DNA of 64,000 nucleotides from Macrostomum lignano (lineage: Eukaryota): assembly GCA_002269645.1 (NCBI GenBank), contig NIVC01000230.1:620001-684000 (forward strand). The letters run 5' to 3'. Positions 11,053 to 24,200 of this stretch are shown here, piece after piece (the stretch's first letter is position 1; each line of letters starts with the position of its first letter). The position numbers were made by a program, and so were the translations under genes. Under the pieces are notes generated by a model that was not told the DNA's origin, did no database searches, and was given only the letters and a program-made list of their open reading frames with translations.

Positions 11053-11424
11053 CTGTACGCCCATTTGCGTCTTGTCGTGCCTGAGCGTGAGCTGTCGCAG
11101 GTCGAGAGTGACGCATTCGCGACATCCGGAGCAGTTAATCGAAAGATGCGCTGCCACTCGGTAAGGAATTTCGTCGCACGGAATGCGGAGTGCTGGTAGC
11201 AGATCTGCATCGAATGTCTTGGGGGAAAGTTCGCAACTGTAATCGAACTCAGATGGGTCGCCGTAGCTACAGAGGCACTCATGGGTCTCGCTGCTATTTC
11301 CGTTAAAAACGAAATAGCTGCCTTGGATAAGTTCCTCCGGGAAATCAGCATTTTTGTTGATGGATCCTTTAGCGAACGTCCATGCCACCGCGGCGCAGCA
11401 GAGGAGGAAGACAATGAACTTCAT
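11053..11424 (-). CDS. Toll-like receptor copy A, exon 1 (signal peptide plus Cys-rich cap, 124 codons)
   Basis: MKFIVFLLCCAAVAWTFA signal peptide. Donor CAG|GTGATT at 11053/11052, phase 0. Homologous to 2849-3220. Confidence 0.87.
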
Positions 11425-12554
11425 AATTCCTGCTGTATATTGTCAGTTGGGCTCTCTTTAGAATTTTAAGAGTGCTTTCAGTTGCTCTGTTTGGCGTTTT
11501 AGACGATTTTCAAATCGTTTAGACGTACACTCGAACGAGCGTATTCAATGATTTTAAAAAGTTGTCACTTTTGCTTCTTGTTTACGTTCTATTCTGGTTG
11601 GCTGATGCTAAATGCTTGATGAAGATATTTAATAATTACTAAGCGAGGTTTACCTGTCGCTGTCTACTGCGTGAATGTCCGCAGCTTTGCAGGCTACGAA
11701 GTTCTCTTTCAAATTCTGACCGCCAGTTGATGTTTCCTGTAGACAGCTGTTGCGAACTAATTGTGAAGTAGCCATATGTTTTGCCTTCAATTTATTATTT
11801 CCTGTCAGGTGACTTGGCAGAAATTTGTCTTTCGGTCTGTTGTTGTACTGCATTTCTTAGTGTATACCTGATTGATCTGATCAAAACTGACATCCAAATT
11901 GTGCCGTAGCAACCAGAGGTTGAGCGTCAAGGTGACAAAAACGAGAGCGAAACCCTGGAATTCTTTGGCAGCTCTTTGATTTTGAGTCTCGAGGCTGTTA
12001 CTTCCAATACTTGTACGTTGAACTTTATTTACAACCCAGGATATTGCATGCCATTAATTCTAAGTTATGCCTACATGTATGAAAGTGAGAGTGGAGACAA
12101 AGAATTGAGGCCAGTTTAGAAAATAATGATTGTGGTTTGAGCAACTAAAAACGGAAAAGCTCGTATTAGTCAACAGTTGATAAGTTTTTTCCCTTTTTAA
12201 AACCATTTGCTTTTGCACTTGCTTGATTACATTTTTCGGCTTTTTGACTGAGTAGACAAAGAATGTTAAATTCGTGGACCGTTTGCCCTTCCTCAAAACG
12301 AGAATAAGAAGGAAGTTTTTTGAGACAATTACAACCAAAAGTAAAAAAATTTCCTTAAAATTGCTAATTTTCTTACTCGTAAAAGGCAAAATATACCCTC
12401 TTAGTAGTAGCTTGAACATTCTCGAAATGCTTTTTTGTCTACGGATGAAATTAAAAGTGCCATTTTGTGTCAATGCTTTGGAACTTCAGTGATGTCAGCA
12501 GTTTGTCTGCGGCTTCCAAGGACCTGCAGCGTCGCTTCGGTCTAGCCTGGGGAG

Positions 12555-12734
12555 GGAGGAGGTTTCACAAACTCGAAATTTCACAACGTCGAAAGCACCT
12601 TCTTTCACAAGGTCGAAACTTCACAAGGTCGGAATTTCACAACGTAGAAAACTACTGCATTGTTCTTGTTATATTAAGTTTTCGACGTTGTGAAATTTCG
12701 AGCTTATGAAGTTTCGACCTTGTGAAAGCAACCC
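12555..12734. mobile_element. ~180-bp foldback MITE, Mutator-like
   Basis: 9-bp direct repeat CCTGGGGAG at 12546-12554 and 12735-12743. Arms are built of inverted TTTCACAAGGTCGAAA-like subrepeats. GG...CC ends. Confidence 0.7.
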
Positions 12735-13820
12735 CCTGGGGAGTCCTGCAGTTGACGGCTCTATGCCTCAAAACCAGAGGGCGGCACTGTTCCAAGCTCT
12801 AGTGGACTCCCTCGACTAGCAGGTTGACAAGATCGCTTCGAGCTTCCACTGTATCGCCGTGCGGTCCTGGTCCGTCAAAGCGACTTGTGGCGCTGCCAGT
12901 GACTGTGACTCCATCTGCAGGCTGCATCATCCGCGTCCACGGAGATGCAGTTTCTGCCCAAAGTCGGTGCAGGAGAGGAGCTGCTGCTGCGGATTAAGGC
13001 CTGCGGATCGCTGATTGAAACGCGCCCTGTGACGCTGTTCTTAGTGACAGCGTATTCTGATGTGGTTGCGTTGCTGTTGTTGCTAGCTGAAATTACTGTA
13101 TTGTTAAATTTACTATTCCTTAAAACTATCGAAACAAGACCAGACGACAATATTACGAAATCGCATTGGTTACACTGCTGGCAGCGAAATGTCTTGCGTG
13201 CTGCCACTCATTCGAGCTAAAAGCAAGCATCAGTGGGTCTGCAGCCAGTGCCGATTTTTCCTGTCGAATGACCCGAATAAAAATCTGCAATAGTTTTGTT
13301 TCTCCGCCTTGCAGCAGCCTGCTAATCCATCGGCATCATGCAGTCACGCAGTAGATTAGCAGACTGTGCATCGGGCCTTAGAGTCGCCTGTCCGAATTTA
13401 AACCCGCAGCCTAGCCGAGTTACGCAACATCAAAGACCCCAAAGTCATCGCCCGGTCATATAGTTGGAATTAGCTCGACCTTGACTAGCGATACAGTCAT
13501 GCTAGAGCAGCAGCAAATTGAGCAGAATCTGCCGCCAGCCATGCGCGAACTCATCCGGGACACTTTCGCCTTTCGTGATGATCATCTTTTAGATTTCGGA
13601 ACCGGGGTCTGCGGCTGAATTATTGCCCGGAGCAAAGAACAAGATAGATATTGCTGGCATGAATGGGGACTAGGAGGCATGGACAATTTGCTTTGAGGTA
13701 TTGCGAAACAGACTTAGAAGATACAGACCTTGAATTTGCCCAAATACCGGTAGTGTTCTGGTGCTTGTCACATTCTTCATAGGTGTCTTTAATAGCTTAG
13801 GTTCACGATCTCATTATCGG

Positions 13821-14050
13821 CTGACTGACTGACTGACTGACTGACTGACTGACTGACTAACTGACTGACTGACTGACTGACTGACTGACTGACTGACTGA
13901 CTGACTGACTGACTGACTGACTGACTGACTGACTGACTGACTGACTGACTGACTGACTGACTGACTGACTGACTGACTGACTGACTGACTGACTGCACTG
14001 ACTGACTGACTGACTGACTGACTTACTTACTTACTTACTTACTTACTTAA

Positions 14051-14092
<42 letters not shown>

Positions 14093-14093
14093 G

Positions 14094-14172
<79 letters not shown>
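13821..14172. repeat. Compound microsatellite (CTGA)n then (CTTA)n
   Basis: Directly visible. The unit switches at ~14022. Confidence 0.97.
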
Positions 14173-15638
14173 GAAAAAACCATTACTAGCGGCAACGACA
14201 ACGGCCCAAATGTAATCGAAAATCGAGCATAAAATCTGAAAAAACGCCAAAACACAAAATAGCGCCAAGTCATCCTGGTGACTGGGTCGCGTCTGGTAAA
14301 CTGCAAACAGCCACCGGAGGGAAAGCTTGATGACGATGCTGGGAGGAGATCGCAGCTGGGCAGTCGGGGGGTCTTATCTCTCCAGATGGCAATCTAAGGA
14401 GGGTTGGGGCGCATACAACACCGCGAGCTGATAGAAGTGGCTCCAGACACAGGGGAGGGGATTCGCTGACCCGTTATTAATGCTCCGGCAGACTGCATGG
14501 CCCAATGGCTCCACTTTGATTTCGGCATACCTGCGTGTGTGTGTGTGTGTGTGTGTGGGTGCTGCGGGTTGCTGAAGGCACACACATTTTCACGGGGCGT
14601 GTCTCTACAAGAAGTCGCGAAAACATAGGAAAATCTCTCCGCGAAAGCCGCAGCACTCCTCCGGGGCTACGGGCGGAGGGGGTGGGGCAATTCAACCCGA
14701 AAAAATAATGCATTTTTACCTATGCTACGTAAACGTAGACAATTTGACCCGATCGGCTCAATTGAGGAAGCGGCCAGCAGCTGGGGACCCTCAGGCCAGT
14801 CATGGACTTCTAGATAGACGGATTGGAATCGGATGAAACAAACCGACGGTAAGCGTAAATCGCGGTATGATATCCTTTGACTTTGTGAAGTTTTGTATTT
14901 ATTGCGTGGCTTCTAAGCGTGAAAGCGGTGAAAGGCTGGTGTGAAAGCGTAAAAACATCAGCCAAGTTAGTTTCCACTCCAGGTTTTGTGTCCAGAACGC
15001 CATGCGCTTCGCCCCGCCAATCTTCTTCTGGTTAGGAAAAAGAAATCCTACAGAGCTCAGCGAAGGAGAAAGGAGCTCCTAGAGGCGAAAGGGATGCCGC
15101 GGCTACGGCTTGCAACTCGTGCTCTCAGTCCCGGTGCCAAATAGCGGGACAGGAAAACCGTGGGCTTGAGGCGTCGCGTAAGAGACTGCGCAAGCTGTTG
15201 CGCCTTATCGGAGAATAAAAATATGCGTTCATAAATATGTATTGTTGTATCAATGGCCCAAGGGCATGGATTTAAAATATGCGGCGAAGGATTATTTATG
15301 CTCGATAGGATTTAGCGTATATTACAGAGAAATTTATGAAACATTTCCTGCTCTATACTGACTTCCTGAGTTGGAGCACTTCAAGCCAAAACCGAAAGGT
15401 TATTTGGTTCCGCGAAAAAAGTATTATTTTACAATCAAATTTTTGCTATAAACAGATCTTCGGTTTTCTTGCAGGTAAGCAGACAAAATTGCAGGTAAAC
15501 AGAAATGGCAAAACTGTTGCATTTGGAATTGCTTTGCAATGGCTGTAACCATGGCGCTTTATGCCCACAAACTGTACTGTACGCTTCAGATTGCCAAGCT
15601 TTATGACGATATTTTCGAGTATTGCCATTTCTTCATCC

Positions 15639-15861
<223 letters not shown>

Positions 15862-16295
15862 CATACCATGGGAATCAGGAAAATCGCTAATTCCGTGGGA
15901 ATATTCGGTAGAAACGCAGCCTGCGCCTCATCATCGGCGCCCTACCAACCTCCGCAGTACGCGTATTCGCTCTTTAGAGCAATAAAAAGAATTCAAAATG
16001 CAAAAAGACCGCCAAAAGAGCTGCAGGTTTCTGAAAGCGAAAGCACCCGCCTTATTAAAACTGCTTCGGGCTGGCACAGCTTTCGGACTCCCAATGGCGC
16101 TTGCCTGTCAAACTTGTTGCTGGATGTTGCTGCTTTTCAGACTCTGCTTCTGCAGGCTGTTTAATGGAGAAATAATTTATTTCGGTTGAAAAACAATTAT
16201 ATTTTACAGCAGCATAGAGGATGAAGAACAGAGAAGCGCAGAGCAGAAAATGAATGTTAGAATTAACGGAAAATACATGACTCAGAGAGGGGGGT

Positions 16296-17040
16296 GACAG
16301 TAGAGAGGGGAGTGAGAGTAGAGAGTGGGAGTGAGAGTAGAGAAGGGAGTGAGAGTAGAGAGGGGAATGAGAGTAGAGAAAGGAGTGAGAGTAGAGAAGG
16401 GAGTGAGAGTAGAGAGGGGAGTGAGAGTAGAGAGGGGAGTGAGAGTAGAGAGGGGAGTGAGAGTAGAGAGGGGAATGAGAGTAGAGAAGGAAGTGAGAGT
16501 AGAGAGGGGAGTGAGGGTAGAGAGGGGGAGTGAGAGTAGAGAAGAGAGTGAGAGTAGAGAGGGGAATGAGAGTAGAGAAGGAAGTGAGAGTAGAGAGGGG
16601 AGTGAGAGTAGAAAAGGGAGTGAGAGTAGAGAAGGGAGTGAGAGTAGAGAAGGGAGTGAGAGTAGAGAGGGGAGTGAGAGTAGAGAGGGGAGTGAGAGTA
16701 GAGAGGGGAGTGAGAGTAGAGAGGGGGAGTGAGAGTAGAGAGGGGGAGTGAGAGTAGAGAGGGGGAGTGAGAGTAGAGAGGGGAGTGAGAGTAGAGAGGG
16801 GGAGTGAGAGTAGAGAGGGGGAGTGAGAGTAGAGAGGGGAGTGAGAGTAGAGAGGGGGAGTGAGAGTAGAGAGGAGGAGTGAGAGTAGAGAGGGGGAGTG
16901 AGAGTAGAGAGGGGGGTGAGAGTAGAGAAGTGGGGTGAGAGTAATGGGGGAGTGAGAGAAGAGAGGGGGAGTGAGAGTAGAGAGGGGGAGTGAGAGTATA
17001 AAAGTGGGGTGAGAGTAAAGGGGGAGTGGGAGTAGAGAGG
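16296..17040. repeat. Purine-rich ~18-19-bp minisatellite (GAGAGTAGAGAGGGGAGT)
   Basis: Tandem units with G-run length variation. Confidence 0.93.
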
Positions 17041-18279
17041 GAAATTAGGTTAATGCGATAGAGATAAGAAAGCTTAACTACTGACACCTGATATCAAACA
17101 CCGGAACCGAAAATAATAGGTTAAGTATTTATTTTCATATCTATATATTCCCACCTTTTCAGATTTTAAGCTAGGAGTATACAGTTCATTGCAAATATTT
17201 TCTGGTTTCAATTTCGTTCCCAGTTTGCGCTTAAATTATTCAACGGCATTACCGTATACAAGCGCGCGCTTTGTCCCGCAGTTTTACAACTCTCTAGCAG
17301 CTTTCAGTCTCTATTCCAGGAACTGGGTTCGATTTTTTCTTTCCCCTCTCTCTCTCTCTCTCGGCAGTGTGTAAAGCTTCTCTCGGGGTCCTGGAGGCGG
17401 CCAGACCAAGAGCCTACATGTACCCCAAGCCCTCAATATAGCTCGTAGTACACGAATATTGACTTATCTTGAGCTGGACTCAACAGAAATTTTGATCCCA
17501 CACTCAGATTGTAGTGATTGAACGAATTATTAAAATATCACTTCTAAACAGTGGTATCCGCTGGGGGGGGGGGGCGTTTGAGGGCTTGACCAACTGTCAA
17601 GTCAATGAAATAGCTACAGGTAACTGACAAGCTACATCGCAAATGTAATCCGTAGTCCGTTCGTATATGGAATGAAAAAATGATTTTTTGGAGAGACATT
17701 GCCCGTGGATCTCCTTTGCTTAAGCTTCTCCGTTCGGGCATCGATAGCAGTGGAATACAGCATGGTTGGGACTGTTTACAGGTGTACAGGCCATTGTTGC
17801 TGTTCACACTAATTATAAACGGCACATCAGGATGCGGGATTAAGCGACATCTGTCAGTCAATGGCGGATGCTGGGAGGACTGTGGGGCATTCACGATTGA
17901 AAAGTGTGCAGCGGTAGATATTGGAATGGAATGTTTAGTGTCTTCTCTGTGTGTCAGTCGCTCATTCAACTGTTCGCGCTCCTAACCAGTTTGAGGGCTT
18001 GTAAAAGTTAGTGCAGAAAAAGTTTGTTTTAAATATAACAAAGCTGCATTGCGAGCGTTTGAAATCGTTGCATAAAGCAGAATTGATGGTGAGTCAGTTA
18101 ACCACGAAGTGAAACTGGTAATTTTTTTAACGCATGGGTTTTCACTTTCAATCAATGCTTGAAGGTTGTTACTCATTTTGCATTGCAGCTGCAGCTAGTG
18201 GATGCAAGCAGCAGAATTCTCGGATAAGTGCTGGGTGCATAGGACAGGTACACAAACAGATGCGCAGGTACAAAGGTAC

Positions 18280-18610
18280 ACAGAGACATGGACTGATGTA
18301 CATAGACATGTACACAGACCGATAACAGACGGGTATACAGAAACATGGACAGGTATAGGGACAAGTACACAGACACATAGACAGACAGGTACACAGACAC
18401 ATAGGCAGACAGGTAAACAGACACACAGGCAGACAGGTAAACAGACACATAGACAGACAGGTACACAGACACATAGACAGACAGGTACACAGACACATAG
18501 GCAGACAAGTACACAGACACATAAGCACACATACAGGTACGCTCCAGACAACATAGACGGACACACAGACAGGTACGCTGTAGACACATAGGCAGACACG
18601 CAGACAGGTA
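18280..18610. repeat. 24-bp minisatellite (ACAGACACATAGGCAGACAGGTAC-like)
   Basis: Tandem units. The spurious ORFs over it show an 8-aa period. Confidence 0.85.
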
Positions 18611-19389
18611 CGCTAACGCAGGTTGAGATCATATATTTAGTTACCAAATTATTGAATTTCGTCGAAATTTCACCACTTCGCTACTTTACTACTCCAAAAT
18701 TGGAGGCACAGCTTTTCCTCCAGAAAATATTAGCGTCCACTTTGCTCTTCAGCCCAAATAAGTTTCCCGTGAAGTTCTAATAGAGTAGAAAATTGCTTTG
18801 CAAATTGCTTTGACAATCTCCAGATTGATGGAGAGAGAGGGAGTGGAAATCAAAGGGCCGCAGCCAAGAAGCTTTGAGGTTTCCTAAACGGCCTCTTTTG
18901 TCTGCTCGGTTTCCCCCGTTGCTCAACTTTCCGAGTCTCAACTCTGCCGTTTGTCAGTCTGCCTGAGTCCGATCTCAAAGCTCATGCAGCACTGCACGAT
19001 CAGTTACCTTTTCAACCATATATTTAAAAACGACACATTTTGGCCGCTGTGACTAGGAAACAGTTATATTGTTAATCGATTACGTAACACAATTGGTAAG
19101 ACGCGCAAAAAAGGAATCGCGGCTGCTCACGCGAGGCGATCGGGTCCGATTGCTGCGAGAAAGGAGATGAGGGAAAGAGAAACATGAGGCAGCCGTTTTA
19201 TGGCACGCATGGGAGCCCGGGGCAGCTCAGGTAGCTCCGGGCCAGACGAGTGTCGTCTTCCCTGTATTATTGTTGCCTTCCTTCATGCCCAAGTTTTTTG
19301 TAGCCAACCCCAACTCGACCTCGATTAAAAAGGGGAACCGAGCAGTGGGGGGTCTCCGTTGCCCCCCCCCAACCTCCCCACAGTCACCC

Positions 19390-19620
19390 AAAGCGATCGT
19401 TAACTCAGCATCTGGAGCAGAACCCGAGGAGTTGTCAGGTTCGACTCCTTGCGAGATCCACGCCCGTGAAGGTCCCTTGTTCGATTCCAAATTTGGTGTT
19501 TTTGTGCTCGAAAATTGGTTGTCGTGATTGTCCACCACCGAGGCACAGAGAGAGTGTACATGCCTGGTGATCAGAAAGTCAGGGCCGCTGTACACCCTGT
19601 ATTGGTGCACTTGTAGGTGT
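19390..19620 (+). mobile_element. tRNA-derived SINE copy, same family as 1290-1500
   Basis: B-box GGTTCGACTCC at 19438-19448 and core GGCACAGAGAGAGTGTACATGCCTG...AAAGTCAGGGCCGCTGTACAC from 19542. Confidence 0.55.
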
Positions 19621-20427
19621 TCAGGAATCAGCGAAATGGGAAAGATTTGCCTCAGCGCTGGGTTTAGTGAAGATGTCGTGACAACGCTCATGCAGATATT
19701 ATTAATATTACTACTCAGATTTGTATTACTTGTAGAATACTCGTACTTAAATTATCCACTTTTTATTTGTCAAAGCTAATATAGTTAGTGCTTGGCGTTA
19801 AATCGGTGCATTGTAGGGAAGAGTTGCATTCGCCACTCCAGATCCTCAGCTCAAAGATCTCCTTGCTCAGGTCTCAAGACGCAAATTGGCTTCACGGATT
19901 CGGGCGTGCAGCTTTTATTATCAGACGGGATCTGAAATCACGGATTCTCCGGAGTCTCGGCAGGATGCGTAGTGTCTGATCTGAGCTGCTGGAGGGAGTG
20001 CAGGGTTTCACGTGGCTGTGCAGAGCATGTGGGATGCGGGTCTCCGGCTACACACCTCATAGCCCTGTGCTCACGAACACTGATCAAATTTAGCCTGAGG
20101 TTTCAATTCGGGTAATAATGCCTGCCTCATATTGTCACTTGAATCGCTTCATCTCTGTTGCGTAACGCCGGTTCTTAGCTCTCCTATTGACTCGATAGAG
20201 CTGAAGCTCCTTGGATAACTCGAAGGCATCAGAGCTGGTCTTTTGTTCTCAGTAGCTATCTTAAACTGCCTCTTCTATAAAGATGGATGGCAACGTAGAA
20301 CGAAAAAATCTAATTTAAGCGTATCTATTGTTGCAACAGAAGCGCTTTGATTAAATAAATGATTGAATCAATTTGAAAAAAAGCCAAAAATATAGCCTCC
20401 AGCTTTACGATGCAAGGAGACCAGATG

Positions 20428-20685
20428 GCGCCCCTGGTGCTAAAGTCCCTGTTGCTAAAGCCCCTGGTGCTAAAGCCCCTGTTGCTAAAGCCCCTGATAC
20501 TAAAGTCCCTGGTGCTGAAGCCCCTGGTGCTAAAGCCCCTGGTGCTAAAGCCCCTGGTGCTAAAGCCCCTGTTGCTAAAGCCCCTGTTGCTAAAGCCTTT
20601 GGTGCTAAAGTCCCTGGTGCTAAAGCCCCTGGTGCTAAAGTCCCTGGTGCTAAAGCCCCTGTTGCTAAAGCCCCTGGAGCTAAAA
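20428..20685. repeat. 15-bp minisatellite (GCCCCTGGTGCTAAA)n; also at ~47855-47920 and ~49360-49440
   Basis: The same unit occurs at three dispersed loci in the window. Confidence 0.92.
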
Positions 20686-21177
20686 GACCCTGGAATGACA
20701 TTATTAATATTGGCATACCTGAGGATAATGATAGGTTTTAGAGTTTCTAGTTTGCAACTCTACTCTGTATTTCAGTCAAAATGCTCATGAAACAATTTGG
20801 CAAATAAATAATTGATATATTGGGTCTGCTAGCCTTGACAGCAGGAACATTTGTATTGCGTCACCAGCAGTATTTTGCGACATGTCAAGGCATGTCAGTC
20901 TCCAGCAGTTTTTCACTGCTTTTTCAACCTGCACATTGTATGCTATATTTAATCCGTAGTTCTGTATGCTGCTTAAATTCAACTAGCTCCCATTGCGATG
21001 CAGTTCTTATTGAATAGCACCTTTCACCTCAGCATCCGATTGAGCTCTGCTGCACGATAGCTTCCGACACATATCAATCAGGCAAAGATTGCCGAGTGAA
21101 CTGAGTTGTGTGAGCATAAATTTTTTTCTGGGTCACTGAACTGCATTTTAGTATTAACCTGGCCAAACTCTCCCCAC

Positions 21178-21209
<32 letters not shown>

Positions 21210-24200
21210 CTCCGCCGCCTCTGCAGTTCCTGCTTTCTTTGCTTTCACAACTAACATCTTGGCTCCACTGTATACCCTCTGACCTCATCAGCTGCTCCCA
21301 CTTCTAGCAACTCTTCAGCACCTTCTCTCTACTACTATTTTCTCCACCGCAATTCATCAAGTCGTCAGTTCCAATAGAATTGGTTGCGCCAATTCTTCAA
21401 AATCAGAGAAACAAATCAGAGACAAGGGAACAGAGAGCAGTTCAACGGTTATCCCGTCTGACACCCGTGCCAAGGTACGCATGGCCGCATTAACAGTCGG
21501 AATATCAAACCATTTTTGCTGCTTTAAATATTTTTTAACAGTTCAGAATTGTTAAAGGTATGATGAAATAGTTCGATCTGGTGTCCATAGTCGCCTGGTG
21601 TCAACCGTAGAAGAAGCCGACGGCGTCTGAACGGCGACGGAATGTTTGAGAGACTAGCTGATGTTCAGCAGTTGAGGTTCGCCCACTGTTGAGGCTTGAT
21701 CAGCGAAACTCGATAAATTCGGAACAGGATGTCCATAATCACCTGGGGCCATCTGCTGAAGGTCCAGAAGCTCCACCAGGGTGAAGGCCAGTGAACCAAC
21801 GCTGTGAGCGCTGATGCAGACACATGTGATCGAAGTGTTGATGAAATTTGGAGGCTTGGCAAGGCTGCACTGAGGCGCAGTGCTGATTGGCGCACAGGGG
21901 TGCACTGAATACACTGGCATGACGCTTATGGGAAAAATCCGACCTTCTGGCAGAGTCGATGTGTATCTCGACAGTCTTAAGGGCTTGTAACTTGATTCTT
22001 GTTTGAGAAGGTGTGCAACAAAAATTTCTGTAGAAGTTCTGTAGAATCGCTAGTTCCAGCTGGTAATTCTCACATGCGAGGGTTAGACACGAAGACACTG
22101 AATGTGATGAGGAAGTCCAGGTCGCAGTCCACCCTGTGTGAGCCTGTTGTACGTATCCGTGAGGTTCTTAGGGGTCAGTAGAATGTACATGACTGCCTCT
22201 TCGCTGGCTGCATATCGACTGCCGCTTTAATATAGTCAGTGGCAAAAAGCCCCCAGAAGACAAACAAACAAATACCTCGGAGGCAGAAGAACTACAGAAG
22301 ATCATATTGGGTGATACAGATGGCTGCCTGCAGCAAGCTCAACTCTCTCGTGGCATATTTAGTGGCCTACCTTTGCCTCCTAAACACTCCACCCTCAGGG
22401 CAGGTGGCAATGAGTAGTTACACTCCTAGGTGTTTTTGAGTGGCCAGAGAACTAGCCTACAGGTTGGTCCAGCACTCCAGCGCCCTTTGTCTCTGCAGAG
22501 CAAAGCTGTTCTATAGGGGCTTCTTCGACTTGTGGTGGCTTTTCATTCTTTCTCTCCATAGCCGTTCAAACACTTTTGACTGAGGCTTTGCCCCGAAGCG
22601 ATCAGTCAGGGAAGGACTCAACTCAACTCAAGCCCCCCCCCCTAAGACACACGTGGTTTCTCGCTAACAATGGGCTTTTGAAGGTAAGATCTGTGGGCCT
22701 AAGTTGGGTCACCAACTGGCAAGTTTTGTTCCTGTATTTTCTTACTGCTTTATAAACAATAACAGCAGGTGTTAATTGCGCCACTGATTCTTCAAGCTTG
22801 GGTTGATGAACTTCAGAAATGGGAACAGAGTTTTACGAGTTCATCTCAGGTGACAATATAATCCTGGGGATAATTGAAAACCCGAGATGAGCTCTCTAAG
22901 TTCTGGGCCACTACAGTCTCTGAGGCAGTTTTCAGGTCGCTAAATTGACACAAATCCGTGGCTCGAGAGGGGGTTCCTTTCGCGTTGAAAATGTGTGAGA
23001 TGAAAATTTCTCACCCATATTTCTATCCCTTCTATCCATTTTGAAATCTGTAGGGTGAGAGGATTTTGTAGCGCATAGAAAAGCTTATAAAAAAATTCAG
23101 TTGCTAGGGCGAAACGTCAGACTCAATTTGCAAAACTCCCAACTAGCTTCTCCCTAATGGCAAATGGGGTTGGTGGGTCAAATTTAGGGCCACGAACTCC
23201 TAGAAAAGACTTCGAGCTGAGTAGGGAAACCGTGGAGCTCTGGGGGGACTGGGGGCAGACGCCGTGGAGGACCGCGGGACTCCGCACCGGTCCATCCGCC
23301 TGCGCAACTGTCAAGTTTTCACCTCCAAGCAGCTTATTTTGCCACTTCCAGCGCCTGCGCACTTGACAGGATAATCCTCTCTGGCCTGGGACAGACTGGC
23401 AGATAAGGCGGGATAAGTTCTGCGTCTGTGTTTGCATTGAAAAACCTCCATCCAATCCACTACTGCGCGCCTCGATCTGCCTCGATATTCACTCTTGTAA
23501 TATTTATCCCAATTCTAGCCCAGATCCCATAGCGCGGTGCGCAATGCCGGTAGTTGATCTGGAGGACGGTTTCCCTGTAAAGAGAGGCAAGATTCTGCAA
23601 TACCTGAATGCATATCTGTCTAGCATTACGAGCTATTCAATCTTAGAGGTGATCCTTGGCACCCTTGAATGACGTAGAGCGTCGTTTATTCGTCAGTCTA
23701 ATGTAAAAAGGATCTACTTGCCTGCGATGTCCAGATGACATCAGAACATTGCGCGACAATGTCACAGCAGCTAACTGAAAATTCATTAAGGTGGCAGTTA
23801 ACATGGTTAGCATTCCGTTGATAATGATGGTTAATCTCTATGTAAATGAACGAAAATTAACAATTGAGTGGTTAATTTACCACAGTTAAATTTTCTAAAA
23901 AGTTAATTTACGTTAATTAACCGCATGTGTACTTGATTTTGTAGGTTTGCATTTCGGTTGAAAAACTCGTAAATTAACGTAAACCCTCCATCATTATGAC
24001 GTTGCGTGATGTAACGTTTATTTACTTAAAATCACGTTAATCAATCTTCAAACTATTAGTTACATGTAATTAACCCCCCACAATATTAATACAAACAGAA
24101 GTAGAAGGCCACCATGATGCGTGAAAAGGAAGCCGGATTTTGTTAAGTTGTTTCACCGCCAGACCAGACACAGCTTAGCTAATGCATTGCTAGGCCCTGC

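Noticed and set aside
20373-20790. APGAK-repeat ORF resembling collagen, elastin or a histone H1 tail
   Set aside because: It comes from a 15-bp repeat that is open in several frames and on both strands, and is found at three unrelated non-coding sites.
21650-22230. Possible retroelement relic (also coding-like fragments at ~13400-13700 and ~27900-28330)
   Set aside because: All have stops or frameshifts and no diagnostic motif I could identify with confidence.
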